A stretch of DNA of 63,289 bases, filler included, from Octopus bimaculoides (taxonomy: Eukaryota), in NCBI RefSeq assembly GCF_001194135.2. It is 4 parts of 4 records of this genome, joined end to end, with 100 filler letters (N's around TTAATTAATTAA, not from the genome) between each part and the next. Parts side by side here need not be neighbours in the genome. Positions count along the whole stretch, not along the records: positions 1 to 28,436 come from NC_068983.1; 3 more parts are not named here. One strand, given 5' to 3'. Shown here one piece after another: positions 13,312-26,269 of the stretch; the stretch's first letter is position 1, and each line of letters begins with the position of its first letter. The notes beneath the pieces were generated by a model. The model saw nothing but the letters and a program-made list of their open reading frames with translations, did no database searches and was not told the origin of the DNA. The translations under genes and the position numbers were made by a program.

Positions 13312-14609
13312 TGAAGCTGGAAAAGATTTTACAAACTGTTACTCAGAGTTTCGCGTTGCCGGTCATCAGATAACAGTGAGCAAATTTATAAGCATTTACA
13401 GACGTTGAATAATTAATATTTGGTAACTCATCAAATAAATAATTAAAACTCACCAAGCACGCTATCATGGCTATTCGAATTTGCGGAAATTTGTTGCATG
13501 GAAAACAGCCGACTGTAACGGGGAAAAAAAACGTAACCATTAAAGTTAGTCGAATTTTTAATTAAAAACAGGTTTATATAAATCGTCTATACCTGTGGAA
13601 ATTTGTCTAAAGCAAACGAGAAAAATGTCTCCTCTACAGATCAAGAGCGAAAGAAAGATACTGTAAACAGTACAAATTAAAATTAAAATTTTAATTTAAG
13701 ATATACAGGGATGAATGAGTATCATATACAAGTACAAAACATGCAAAAGTAAAAGCAAAAATAACATAGAGATAAATAAACAAATAAGCTTACTACAGGA
13801 GAAGAGGAATGGAGAGAACTTAAAAGAAATGTTTAATAGTTTCTAGATACTTAGGCCTGCATTGGTCAGTTAAGTTCACTTAGTTGTTTTTGCTCTTAAT
13901 GCAATATGGTTTACTTTATTGTTAGGTCCATGTGGTGTAGACAGAACGTTGCCATACTTTGTTGGAAGAAATCTTAATTTCTGAAGTATATCAAACGTCT
14001 AATAGAACTTTCTTGTATGCATTTACATCTTGTTGGGTTCAAATACATTATTTTTGTGGTAATTTATTACGACATGATAGCACTAAATATCCAACTTGTG
14101 ACAGTACTACATGTTTCATGTGCAAAAAGAAAAAATGGAAAACTTTCGAGAGAACTAGTTAGCGTTTCCATTCTACCTATGATATTTGTCTGTATACTTT
14201 TTGCATTAAATGTGTATCATTGCCTTAGCTGTTCATGGAACTTCCTCAAAAGTGCTCGCTCACAGAAAGTTCCTAAAGTTCCTCCTCTGAATCAGTTGTA
14301 CGTAACCTAAGGTAGTCAACTAGAGACTGCAAGTATATGAAATTGATGGATTTAGTTAAATGACTTACGCTAGTCAAGAAATATCCTGAACAAAAACTAA
14401 AGGCAAATGACCACCTTGATTGCTGTGTGAACGTTATTCATGGCATTCTTTAGTAAGACAGCAGCATTCGTTTGCTGAAGCAGAATTCAGTGCCAACCCA
14501 CCGCGCCGGTCAGCCTTGGAGGTCTGCTCACTGACGCGTCTTATAACTTGATCCACTCACTTTCCATAATTTTAAACTTGTAAGTAGAAAAATCCTGTAA
14601 ATTTAAATC

Positions 14610-16050
14610 ATACAATGCTAAGTTCATTCGAGCGAAAGTGAATAACAGGCTCAAAGAAAACATTATCGAGCTATATATGTATCGTTAATGGTAATTCAAA
14701 GGAAGTAGATGATTGGTTAACTTCTCAGAAGCTAGTTATAAATTCACGTACTTAGACGTTTAACAACTGCTCAACTTAGACAACTATTTAGTTGACACAG
14801 TATATTCTTACAATATATTTAACACTGTCGACTTAAGTAACTCGTTTCATTGTGTTATATTGCATCCTGATAAACTATTTACCACTCTCGAGGTAGACGG
14901 CCAATATTTCAGTTTAACCATTTTAGTTTTTGTCTTAAAATGTGTGTCAGGTGTTTTCATCAAATTACAGGCATTCTTACTAGTGAAAACAAATTTTAAG
15001 ACACGTACTCCTATTTAGATGACGTTACAATCAATATTTCTCCTCGGTGTGTAATAATACCAAAGAGGCGCATAACCACAATGTCTCTAAATTCTTATAC
15101 GTTATACATAAATCTAATAAATATAACACTGAAATACGATAACTGAATTTCTAACTAAATCTGTCTGTATTCAAGGTTATCAAATTAACTAAAGCAAATT
15201 GAATCCTGACCCCTCACGTTTAACTCCAGTTAAAGAAATGCTCGTGTCTGCTAATACGCAACTCTTATCTTGTATGCCGAATCTGTTCGCTAATTATTCC
15301 CAATGGGTTCCTCGCTTCTCTGAATGAATAAGACATCTAATTAATGCTCATTTTCCACTCTCAGAAGAAGCTGTAACGGCAATCAATGACTTTTAAAAAA
15401 TGTCTATTACGGAGTCTGCCAAAACTGAAGTAGACAAACATATGTCGTTTGCCATCGAAACGGACGCCTCTGAGGCCGCCATCGAGACTACACTTAATCA
15501 AAATGGTAGACCCTAGACTTGTATTTTTAGTTTCTCGGTCACTAAATTGTGCCGAAGAGAATAGTTACGCAGTAGAAAAAAAAAGACTTATGCGATACAT
15601 GAAGATATCAGAAAAGAAGTGCTAATTTCTCTGAGTCAAACGATTTACCCAAGTGTCTGATCCGAAATCTGTAGCTAAGTATATTTGCCATAAAGCATAA
15701 ATTTAAGATTAAAATGAGAAAATATCACGTTATTAATAACTTAAGCCGTTTAAGTACGAAATGTTACACTGTCATGAATTCAGTAATACTCTCTATACAT
15801 TACCAGGTAATATCTGTGGTAGTTTTCGCAGAGTAATCTCAACTTCCAAAGGTTCACAAGACGGATGCATTTGGTTCAGGTACGAAATCTTCTGTATCCG
15901 GTGTAGGACATTAACCATGTTATTTCTACATGTCACATTTACCAAAAGTTAGGCACAATGCTATGCATCGAATCAACGTCATGTCGTCAGAGCTGTGCGT
16001 ATCTTTTACCGAATCGGCAGGTGTGTATAAGACCGTCACCTTCAACATCA
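14610..16050 (+). mobile_element. Degenerate Ty3/Gypsy LTR retrotransposon pol fragment (RT, RNase H, start of integrase)
   Basis: IFNTVDLSNSFH (RT motif), YLDDVT at 15012-15029, LFANYSQWVPRFSE, and RNase H ETDASEAAIETTLNQNGRP at about 15457-15513. Stops and frameshifts are present; no LTRs were seen. Confidence 0.85.
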
Positions 16051-16444
16051 AGTACTAAATTTTCGTTGGTTGTTTTTGAAGAACATTCCCATTTTTTCCA
16101 TTTGATATCTTTTGTGATAATTCTTTATTGACTACTATTTCTTCTTTACCCGTGTTATTTCTATTTTCGGTCGACTTTAGTATATATACACTTTTTTCTT
16201 TTTACTTTTTCTACTTTTTACTTGTTTCAGTCGTTAGACTGCAGCTATGCTGGAGTACCGCCTTGAATTTTTAGTCGAATGAATCGACACCAGTACTTTT
16301 TTAAAGCCTAATAATTATTCTATCGATCTCTTTTGCCGAACAGCTAAAATACGGGGACGCAAACACACCAACACTGGTTGTCAATCGGTAGTGGGAGGAT
16401 AAACACAGACACTAAGACATACACACGTAGGTAAATATACATAC

Positions 16445-16492
<48 letters not shown>

Positions 16493-17199
16493 CTTTTATA
16501 AGTAATATTCTAAAAGAAATATTCTAATAGAATATATAACTGAACTTATATTGAGTGCTCAATTATTTTAAGCAAATAAATGTGTATATATGTGTCTTTA
16601 TATTATTAATAAATTCATAAACTCATCAATAATATACTCAGGAAATCAATATTTAATATTTTGAAAGACATACATCCAACATGACACGGCAATGGATCAT
16701 TCTTGTCACATTGTTNNNNNNNNNNNNNNNNNNNNNNNNNNNNNNNNNNNNNNNNNNNNNNNNNNNNNNNNNNNNNNNNNNNNNNNNNNNNNNNNNNNNN
16801 NNNNNNNNNNNNNNNNNNNNNNNNNNNNNNNNNNNNNNNNNNNGTCATAGGATCGCGCTTTCGATTCCCAGACCGGGCGTTATGAGTGTTTATTGAGCGA
16901 AAACACCTGAAGCTCCACGAGACTCCGGCAGGGGATGGTGGTGAACCCTGCTGTACTCTTCCACCACAACTTTCTCTCACTCTTACTTCCTGTTTCTGTT
17001 GTGCCTGTAATTCAAAAGGTCAGCCTTGTCACACTGTGTCACGCTGAATATCCCTGAGAACTACGTTAAGGGTACACGTGTCTGTGGAGTGCTCAGTCAC
17101 TTGCACGTTAATTTCACAAGCAGTCTGTTCCGTTGATCGGATCAACTGGAACCCTCGACGTCGTAAGCGACGGAGTACCAACAACAACAACATTGTCTT

Positions 17200-17790
17200 G
17201 CGATATCAGTTTCTTTACTAAACCTGTTGATTTCAGCACAGGGATAAAGCCTCCCTACTAGAAACTAACAAGATCATCTAATGACGCAAAATAAGTAACA
17301 GCAAAATATGTGAAAAGAAATAATTAACTTCTTCTCCGGATTTCTAGTTTCAATCAAGAGAGTGAATACATTTACAGGCTTAACAGAGCTGGAGTTTTCT
17401 TACACTGGAGATCATGCCAGCATTATTAATATCAACAGGAAAATGCTTACATAAACATACACCAGAAAAGGTTTCGAGGAAGGACTAATCGACCATACTT
17501 TATGATATACCAATATACAGAGATTGCAAGATCAAGGCCAAACGACAGAATATTTTTTTTTATTATTTAAGGTCACCAGAAGAAAGTGCTTCCATCCTCG
17601 AATAAAGGTCTGAAAGAATGGAAACAACCAGAATGTGGGGACTGAAAACAGAAATAGTCCCTATAATTATTGATACCTTTGAACTGATTAAAAAGAGTTG
17701 CAAACAAAGACACATTCAAAGTCCAAGGGCTTACAAAAATCTAAAGAATACAGAACACAACCACTACAAAGCATATACAGCTGTGTCCGT
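17200..17790 (+). mobile_element. R4/Dong-like RLE LINE 3' fragment
   Basis: TRMWGLKTEIVPIIIDTFELIKK matches the C-terminal RLE region of the better preserved copy at 29.5-29.8 kb. Confidence 0.7.
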
Positions 17791-19683
17791 TTGTGCAATG
17801 AAAGCACAGAAATAAAATTTGCAAAAGAGTAAGAATCTGCCCAGGTTTACGTAGTTATTCAAAGTATTCAATGTTCAGTATTTTAGCATAATATGAATGT
17901 TGTAACCAAGATTATCCCAAATTCATTCCTAATTAAAACAGCACCACACTCTAATCAGAAACATAATAACGGATTTGAACATTGTGACCCATACGTAATT
18001 AGTGAAGTATCGTTTATTCGTTCATTTTGTGAGGAAATATTCATAATTAGCTTTCACTACTTACGTCTTTTCAATATCGTTAATTACTAAATTTTTATAA
18101 TTACATTAAAAATATATAAACGCACTAACCACTTTTGTTTATAAGGTTTTTACGTCTTTTCCAAGACAAATAACTTGACAAAAACATTAACCTGTTCTTC
18201 ACAAACAATTTCGAAAAGCAGCTCAGTAAATATGTCGGAGTGTTGCGGGTGTCAAAATATCTTATTTTTACGGTTGTTAAGAGACACGACTCTGTCCTGT
18301 TGTTGTCAGAAACTGACACTCTCACAGCTCCTCTGACGATCAACAATATTTCATTAATTCCTTATGACTGTTTTATTTGCTTACTTGTTTGTTTTAATTT
18401 ATGCCTGACTGATTACGTTGCCTGTTGCCTTCTTTTCAGACGAAGACAAACGACTAGCGAGTCCTATAAACGTCTCGAAATAAAAAGTAAGATTCGAGGC
18501 GAGGGAGAGAAACTCATGTCAATGAAGCATTGACTAGAATAGTTTTGGCCGGCGCCACACAACTTCAAGTCAATACTGGTTGGGTGGTCTGGCCATAAAC
18601 CTCGTCTCGCTCTGCTAATTCAGGTGACGTAATTAAATCAGATATGTTTATTGTGCGCTTTTCACATTGTTGTTTCATATCTCATTGCTGTGCTAAAGTT
18701 TCTGCTACTGCTGCTACTGTGGTTAGAGATGAGAAAAAGTTTCTACGATTACCAACAATTTATTGTATTGAATCTGAATCAATTACAACAAGATTAACAA
18801 ATAGTTTTCTGCTGTAACCAACAGCCTGTTTTAATTAAATAAGAACTAACCTCTAACTATATTCGCCATAACAAATAAAACTGGTATTTTTGTTATGATT
18901 AATGGTATCTTAAACAGTTAGAAAAGTTGCAATTAATTTCTAACATTTGCCACGAATTAAATAGACTTTAGAACTTCACATTTACTACTTATTGACCCTT
19001 GGAATTGAACATAGATCATAAAGGTGCATTAAATTTCTCTGCAAGGATTTCGTTCGGTGCTCAATGAATTCTATCCTTTCATTGTCTTTGAATCTTCCTC
19101 TGTTAAAACCTACCAACTAAACTTCAAGGATTCAGATTGAATTATAACTGTATTAGGCTTAAATCATCCCACTAATCTCTAGCTAAAGAGTTTGTGGAAG
19201 GTGTAAGATATAATTAATTGGGTCAATAATAATATTTTACTGGTACGTACCCTAGAGATAAAATGTGAAATCGATGACAGAAGTCATAATCTTGCAACAA
19301 CATAAAGTTAAATTATAATATACACTATCTCACTCCGACCAGCTTCAAAGCATTTCACACTGAAATAGTTATAGCTTGCATACTGGTAACGAGCATTGTA
19401 ATGTTCATGGTAAACTCCAGCAAACCATGTTTGATTCCTCCTTATGGCAATTTCATTTACTTTGCTAAATCTCTTGGTAAAAGCCACACTCCTTCTTTGT
19501 CTCACATGAAGTAAACAGAAATGATCACCTATTGATGGATACTGTTGATTGATCAGGAATAGTGAATCAACTGATTATATCTCACTAAGTCAAGGAGTAT
19601 ATAACTATATATTTCATAGCGTATTATGCTGTAGGATATATAGTTATACTGAATTACAAGTACAACTAATTTTTGCCAGCTGG

Positions 19684-19845
19684 TATGTTGTAGGGTATAT
19701 AAGTTATAGGTTTATATAAGTTATAGGTTTATATATGTTGTAGAGCATATATATTGTAGAGCATATATGTTGTAGAGCATATATGTTGTAGAGTATATAT
19801 GTTGTAGAGCATATATGTTGTAGAGCATATATGTTGTAGGGTATA
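19684..19845. repeat. 16-bp minisatellite (GTTGTAGAGCATATAT)n
   Basis: TAGAG recurs at 19741, 19757, 19773, 19789 and onward with period 16. Confidence 0.9.
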
Positions 19846-20534
19846 CAACATGCTGAATATTAATGTACGTGAAGTGATAACATGCTGAATATTAATGTAG
19901 GTGATATATCTCTGGGAGTAGGCGAACAGTCGGAGAATTTATGCAGTAGCAGTGTTCCGTAGAGTCATGAAATATGTGAAGCAAGACAAGCGATCATAAT
20001 ATTATTTTTTGTGTAAAACAACATTCGCAAATACCAACTTATTGACTCTGAAAGTCTATAAAATTCTGTATTACAGACAAGAATTATTGTCTTAATCAGA
20101 CATGCATTATGATAATTGAAAGTTTGAAACTTGTAAATAATTACTGAGCGAAAGAGTGTCATCATATCATTCAAACATCTAACACATGAGAGTCAGCAAA
20201 TAGTTTACTTCCGTGTTGGAAAGATATATCCAAGATAGCAACATCAGTTCCAACTGATGTCGTTGAATACACCGTACCACTACCTTCCGCGAAAGCGGAG
20301 CCAGCATACAAACACCCTATTCGACCATGTGAGCCCTTCACAACATTAGCAACACGTAATCTGAGTTACCCAATAAAGGCCTAACACTTAGAATTCCCTT
20401 TGAATTTGTTTCAGATCTGCCACTCTTGATGAGATGCACCACGAAACTTTAAGGCATCTGGAGCTGAGTCAAACTATTATCTTAAAGTATATGTAACTCC
20501 TAGCAAATGTGTTGAGTGCCACTTTCTTTCTCCA

Positions 20535-20601
<67 letters not shown>

Positions 20602-21278
20602 GATAATTAATAAATACTTATTTATTTAAACTCGGAATTTCGAAGAAAATAATAAATATAATCATATTGTATTTGCGGCTGTGAATTTGCAAAATTGTTA
20701 GAGCATCGGAGAAAATGTCTCGTGATATTTATTCCGACAGTACATTTCCAATGCAGCTCCCTCCGAGTTCACTCTATTTTTCATTGTTCTGGGGTCAAGA
20801 AAATAAAGTACCAGTAAAGTATAGGGTTCTGTGGTATCGACTAATCAATTCTCTACTCTCAAAACTGCTGGTCTTGTGCCTAAATTAGTAATCATTAGTT
20901 TTGCTACATCTCACGGTACTTTGCTACATCTCGCGTTACACTGTTTAGAAACTAGTGGATTATCTGTTAAAGACATATGAATGCCCAACTGAAACAGATC
21001 TATGTCATTGAATAGATCTTTCTATTCACTTCAACAATATCAGATTATTGGAAAGGGCATATATAATAATTATAATAATTATAAACGGTACAGTCAGTAC
21101 TAAACCCAATTGCAAGGAACCCATAATTTCAGGTTCATTGATTTTGGTAATTTGCCAATTTATCTGACGAAGTTGTGTTGCAATGAATATCCGTTGCAAT
21201 GAAAATTTTGAAACCCAATGCACTGCTGATATTACTAAGTGATCCTCATGTGAATGTAAGTGTACGTACGCACACGTA

Positions 21279-21362
<84 letters not shown>

Positions 21363-21609
21363 TGCGTGTGTGTACGTGCGTGCGTGTGCACGAAAAAATT
21401 TACATCCGGTTGTGGTATATTCCAACCCGGGAGGTCTACAATAGGCCTTGAACACTGACATTACATTACTAGGTTAACCAACTGATTTTCCTGCCCTCCC
21501 CCAATCTTAATCGTCGTTCTTTAATCTTCTCTGATAGTTAATGAAAACATAAATTACTTGACTGCACCTCATGTTTTCATTACTCATAAACATTCTTTTC
21601 AGTGTGGGA

Positions 21610-22085
21610 CATGAATTTGTCGAACAACTCGTTAGACAGATAGGAGCCTGTGAATTTCTTAAGACACCTTTTTGACAGATACGATTCAGCAAATTTGTAA
21701 AAATTACTTGTTAGATAAATTCAATGAGACACTTGTCTGACACTTGAGAGGTATTGAATATGTAAAGACTTGTTTGACAGATGTCAGTCAGAGAATTTAT
21801 TTAGACTTGTTTGACAAATGTGAGAGAGTTAAAATCATTAAGATAGCCTGTTTGATGGGTTTGAAACAATGAATTAGTCAAGACACTTGTCTGGCAAGTG
21901 TTTTCCGTCACTTAATTTATTTAAGTACTTGTCTGTCGGTGAACTAACGATACTTATTTAACAGATATACGTCAAATAATTTGTGAAAGGACTTTTATCT
22001 GTCATACGAGACACAACGAATTTCATTTAAATACTTGTGAGATGAGAGTCAATGGGTTTACGACAGAAGTTGTCTGACTTTGAGT
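21610..22085. repeat. Ancient degenerate ~39-bp tandem array
   Basis: Core ACTTGTYTGACARAT (variants) at 21627, 21666, 21706, 21731, 21768, 21805, 21846, 21885, 21927, 21952, 21991, 22033 and 22068, usually preceded by GAATTT. Confidence 0.7.
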
Positions 22086-22650
22086 TTTGACAACCGCCTC
22101 GCAATACGCTTGCTAATTTTTGTTTAGCTAAGTCAACTACGGTGAAGCAGACCCATGAGCAATAAGTGTCTTTCCTTTTTTTAGGGTATTATTTGATGGA
22201 GATTTGCCTTCTATTTTCAGTGGGTCGAGACACATCGGAGGAGGGTATAGGTCGATGTAATCGACCCCAGTTTTCAACTTGTACACATTTTATCAACCCC
22301 GAAAGGATGTAAGGCAAAGTCAACCTCTGCGGAACTTGAACTCAGAACGTAAAGACGGACGAAACATTAATAAGCATTTTACCTGGTCTGCTAATGATTC
22401 TGCCAGCTTGCTGCCGATTGTATCGAGTATTGATTGTACAAAAGCTGATTGGATGTTGTTCTTGTCTAACGGTCAGGTCAACCCGGATTGAACAATCATA
22501 TAGACAAAAGCATTTTTGCCATGGCCATCCCATTCTTTACGAGTGTCTATGATTAAGTGATCTGATAGACTCTTCTTTTTTTAAGTTTATAGCGTATGAT
22601 TTTTGAGACATTTGCCCAGTAATTATAGCAGGTCGAACGACCGTGTAGAG

Positions 22651-22895
22651 CAGTGGTTCTCAATCAGGGTCCACATGAACCTTAAGGGACCCATATAAGA
22701 TTTTGTTGTTAAGATTTATGTGCAACAGATTAATTATACTCTGTCTATGCACAAAATATTTTTTCATGCAATTCCTAATAATATTTAATTATAAAAATAT
22801 ATCATTTTTGAAAGATCGAATGGTTATGAGGGTCCATCCGAGTAAAATAAGAATTAAAGGGGTTCATAGATAAAAAAAATGGTTGGGAACCACTG
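22651..22895. mobile_element. hAT (Charlie/MER5-like) MITE, 245 bp
   Basis: TIRs CAGTGGTTCTCAA and TTGGGAACCACTG; 8-bp TSD GTGTAGAG (22643-50) and ATGTAGAG (22896-903). Confidence 0.88.
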
Positions 22896-24897
22896 ATGTA
22901 GAGGCTTTCTTGTTGATACGTCAGTCTTGATTGCGTGTGTGAATGTCTGAGTAAATTTGATTACTTATGCAGATGTGATATTTATCAAAATTGAAGCGGT
23001 AATGGCAGAAGTCTTTTGTGAATAGAAGCATAAAGTGCATCTTTGCCTCAATGTATACAATATATACACACTCATATCTATATCTCTGCATGACCTGATT
23101 ACACATGATCATATACTGCCTATGTATAATAATATTGTGTATGATAATAATGTCCGTGGGGATGTTATTTTATTTTATATTACAAGTTGGCGAGAATAGC
23201 ATAACTGCACAACTGACTACAGGCCTTCACTGGGCTAATCACTGTATTTCCATCCACAGGAGTAAGAAAGTACTGTCTGCAAACTTGTAGACCTCTTTGA
23301 AAGAAAACAGACACAAGCGCACACGCACACGCACACCCATAAATACATACATTAGAAAGCCTCACTGTAAGTATAATAAGAATGTAAACATATTCTTTCT
23401 ATATTATTTATGTGCAAAAAGTGGGAAAGCAGTCGGTTTGTTCACCGCTTTTTTAAGAAAACATTCGCGCTTTCCTTCCCCAACAAGTGCATAGGTCAAT
23501 TGCGATGTAAATCAATCATAAATTAGACTGGCACAACAGGGGATAGCCTATTCGGCGTATTTGCCTTTTTGACGACTCGTCACTAATTTAACGGTATCTA
23601 TTTTATGCACACTACGGCGTAAATCAGACAAACGGAAATAAATTTTCTTAAGAAAGAGTTTCATGCGTCGTTCTAAAGGATTGAGGCGATATCTATCACT
23701 GATGAAGCAAAGTCACACCAAAACACCGTCTTTATCAATTTGTTGACGTCCTTGGTGCGTAGCATGTCATTACACAGTCTATCACCGAGATAAAATTCCG
23801 CAGCGAAAGCTATTCACGTAGTAAAGCTGCTGTTGTTTCTACTACTTACAATGGTAAACTGTACCACCCCAATGAATTTATTTGTAATTTGGTGAATTGA
23901 AATAACTGAGCCTTTCGTATTTTAACCGAATACTCTAACCACTAAACTATACGTCTTCACTTAAGTGATTACACAATTTGACTAGAGCCATCGTGGCAGA
24001 TTCTGAGTGCTAGACATGTAGAATAGCATCCAAATCTTCCTCAAATCATAGTCCCATAAAAGATGAAAAATATATGGTAGGGGTCAACGTGTGTAACGGA
24101 TGGAATATTATTTCTAATAAGGATGCCCGGTGCATAATTCAGAAACGCCATCATTATATATCGCAGGGAGCATCAAAAAACGAGCCTGGAAAAATTTGCG
24201 GAGAGCGGAAACTAAATATATTAGTCCTTCACTAATATTATTTTAATTCCTCTACGTTCAAACATGGTCATAAAATAGAGTACCAGTCGAGTACACTGTT
24301 TCAATTAATCTACTATAACCTTTTCCAAGGAAAAAGCGACCTTTTGTCAATGCTAAAAAGTCAATATTATTTTAATTCCTTCGGTAAGTTTGGGAGAGTG
24401 AAACTTACTGGTATGTTAATACTTCGGCCAAGCTACGAAGGCGTCAGTTTACTGTTACGTAACAAACAGCCTGCTGCATATCCAGAGAGAGGAGGAGAAT
24501 GAAAGAGAAAGAGAGGAGGAGAGAGAGAAGAAAGTGAGGAGAAAAGGAAGAGAAAGAGAAAGAAGGAGAGGATCAGAAAGCGAAATAATTAGTAACAAAG
24601 GAAATATATCTGAAAGGCCCGTAGAGAGCAGTTTATTTGTTTAGTATGTCGTCAACGCCTACAGCTTCGAAATCAAATTAAATTGTTAACTCCAAGGAAA
24701 CTTACCAAAGCCAACCAAACGTTATAATTCTAACCTTTAACGTAAGCGACAGGCAGAGATAGCGTTTGACAGCCAGTGTCAGTCGAGATACATGTCTAAT
24801 ATATCAACTTGAAAATCGTAATGCTTGCTGGACCCTGCCATCTTACTTGATGTTAGCAGCATGTTGCTGGCATTCGTCTGGAAGCATGACTGTACAA

Positions 24898-24941
<44 letters not shown>

Positions 24942-24948
24942 ATGTATG

Positions 24949-24984
<36 letters not shown>

Positions 24985-24995
24985 CTCACGCAGAG

Positions 24996-25028
<33 letters not shown>

Positions 25029-26117
25029 CAAACATTTACATACACACAAATACACACACATATATACGCACACATATACACGCACACATATATAAGCATG
25101 TGTATATAAGGAGTTTCTAAGTACCATGTAGACGACTTGGTGGGGAAACAATCATCAATGCATTTAGATATGCATGTCTCTGTTTATTTTCAACTGTCTA
25201 TTGTTTGCGAATGTGGCTATATGTGTAGGTATCTCCATATACGCGTGCATATGCAAGAAAATTTATGACACAAAATTCAGTTAAAGGTATGTATATATCA
25301 CTTTCTGTTCGTTTTGCTCTAGAATTATTCGGGGCGAATAGTGTTAAAGTCATAATATCAACTTAATAGCACTTTAACTGAAACTGGCGCTCAGTTGGTT
25401 ACGACCATGAAGGCTCCAGCTGCTCTGTTCAACGGAACAGCCTGCTCTTGAGCATTCCACAGACATTCGTACTTTTAACGTAGTTCTCACGGAGATTCAG
25501 CACGACAGAGAATGTGACAGGGCTGGTCCCCTTTGAATTACAGGTACCGCTCATTTTTGCCAGCTGAATAGACTGGACCAACTTAAAATAAAGTGCTTTG
25601 CTCAAGGACACAACGCGTCGTCGGGAATCGAACTCATGATCTTACTCCGTGTGCCAAACACTCTAACCACTAAGCCATGCGCCTTCACTTAAATGATAAC
25701 TAAACTTGACTAGAAGCCATCATGGCAGATTCTATGTCATTGCTCGACCTATAGAAATAGCAGCCAAATCTCCCTTAAAAGAAGAAAAAAATGGCAGGTG
25801 CCCACGTGTGTAACGGATGGAATAATATTTCCCGTAAGGCTGCCCTGAAAGAGTTGCTTTGGAGCTACACCACAGCGAGTAAAATTCGAACACCTTATAG
25901 TAGAATCAAAAGCGAGCTGATAAACCTACAGCTCCAAGCAGAAACTAGGTGGTCCTATCTTATAATACATATTTTCTCTTACGTTGACTGACGGCACGGA
26001 AGTCAGCTGCGACAGTTTTATTAGCATCGTCTAAATTAATTTAAATAACACGCGCTCAAGATGCACCACGCCATCATTCATATACATATGGGCACGCCCG
26101 CACATACACATATTCAC

Positions 26118-26149
<32 letters not shown>

Positions 26150-26184
26150 GTGCATGTATATATTTATTTACGTATGTTTGTATG

Positions 26185-26239
<55 letters not shown>

Positions 26240-26269
26240 GGGCGGAGGGAGAGAGGGAGGTATCTCCAG

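Noticed and set aside
19308-19505. Protein-like minus-strand ORF (WFAGVYHEHYNARYQY)
   Set aside because: No recognisable domain or convincing splice sites; the length is expected by chance.
21610-22085. CRISPR-like appearance of the repeat array
   Set aside because: Animal DNA, degenerate repeats, mutually homologous spacers and no cas genes; kept as a minisatellite-type finding.
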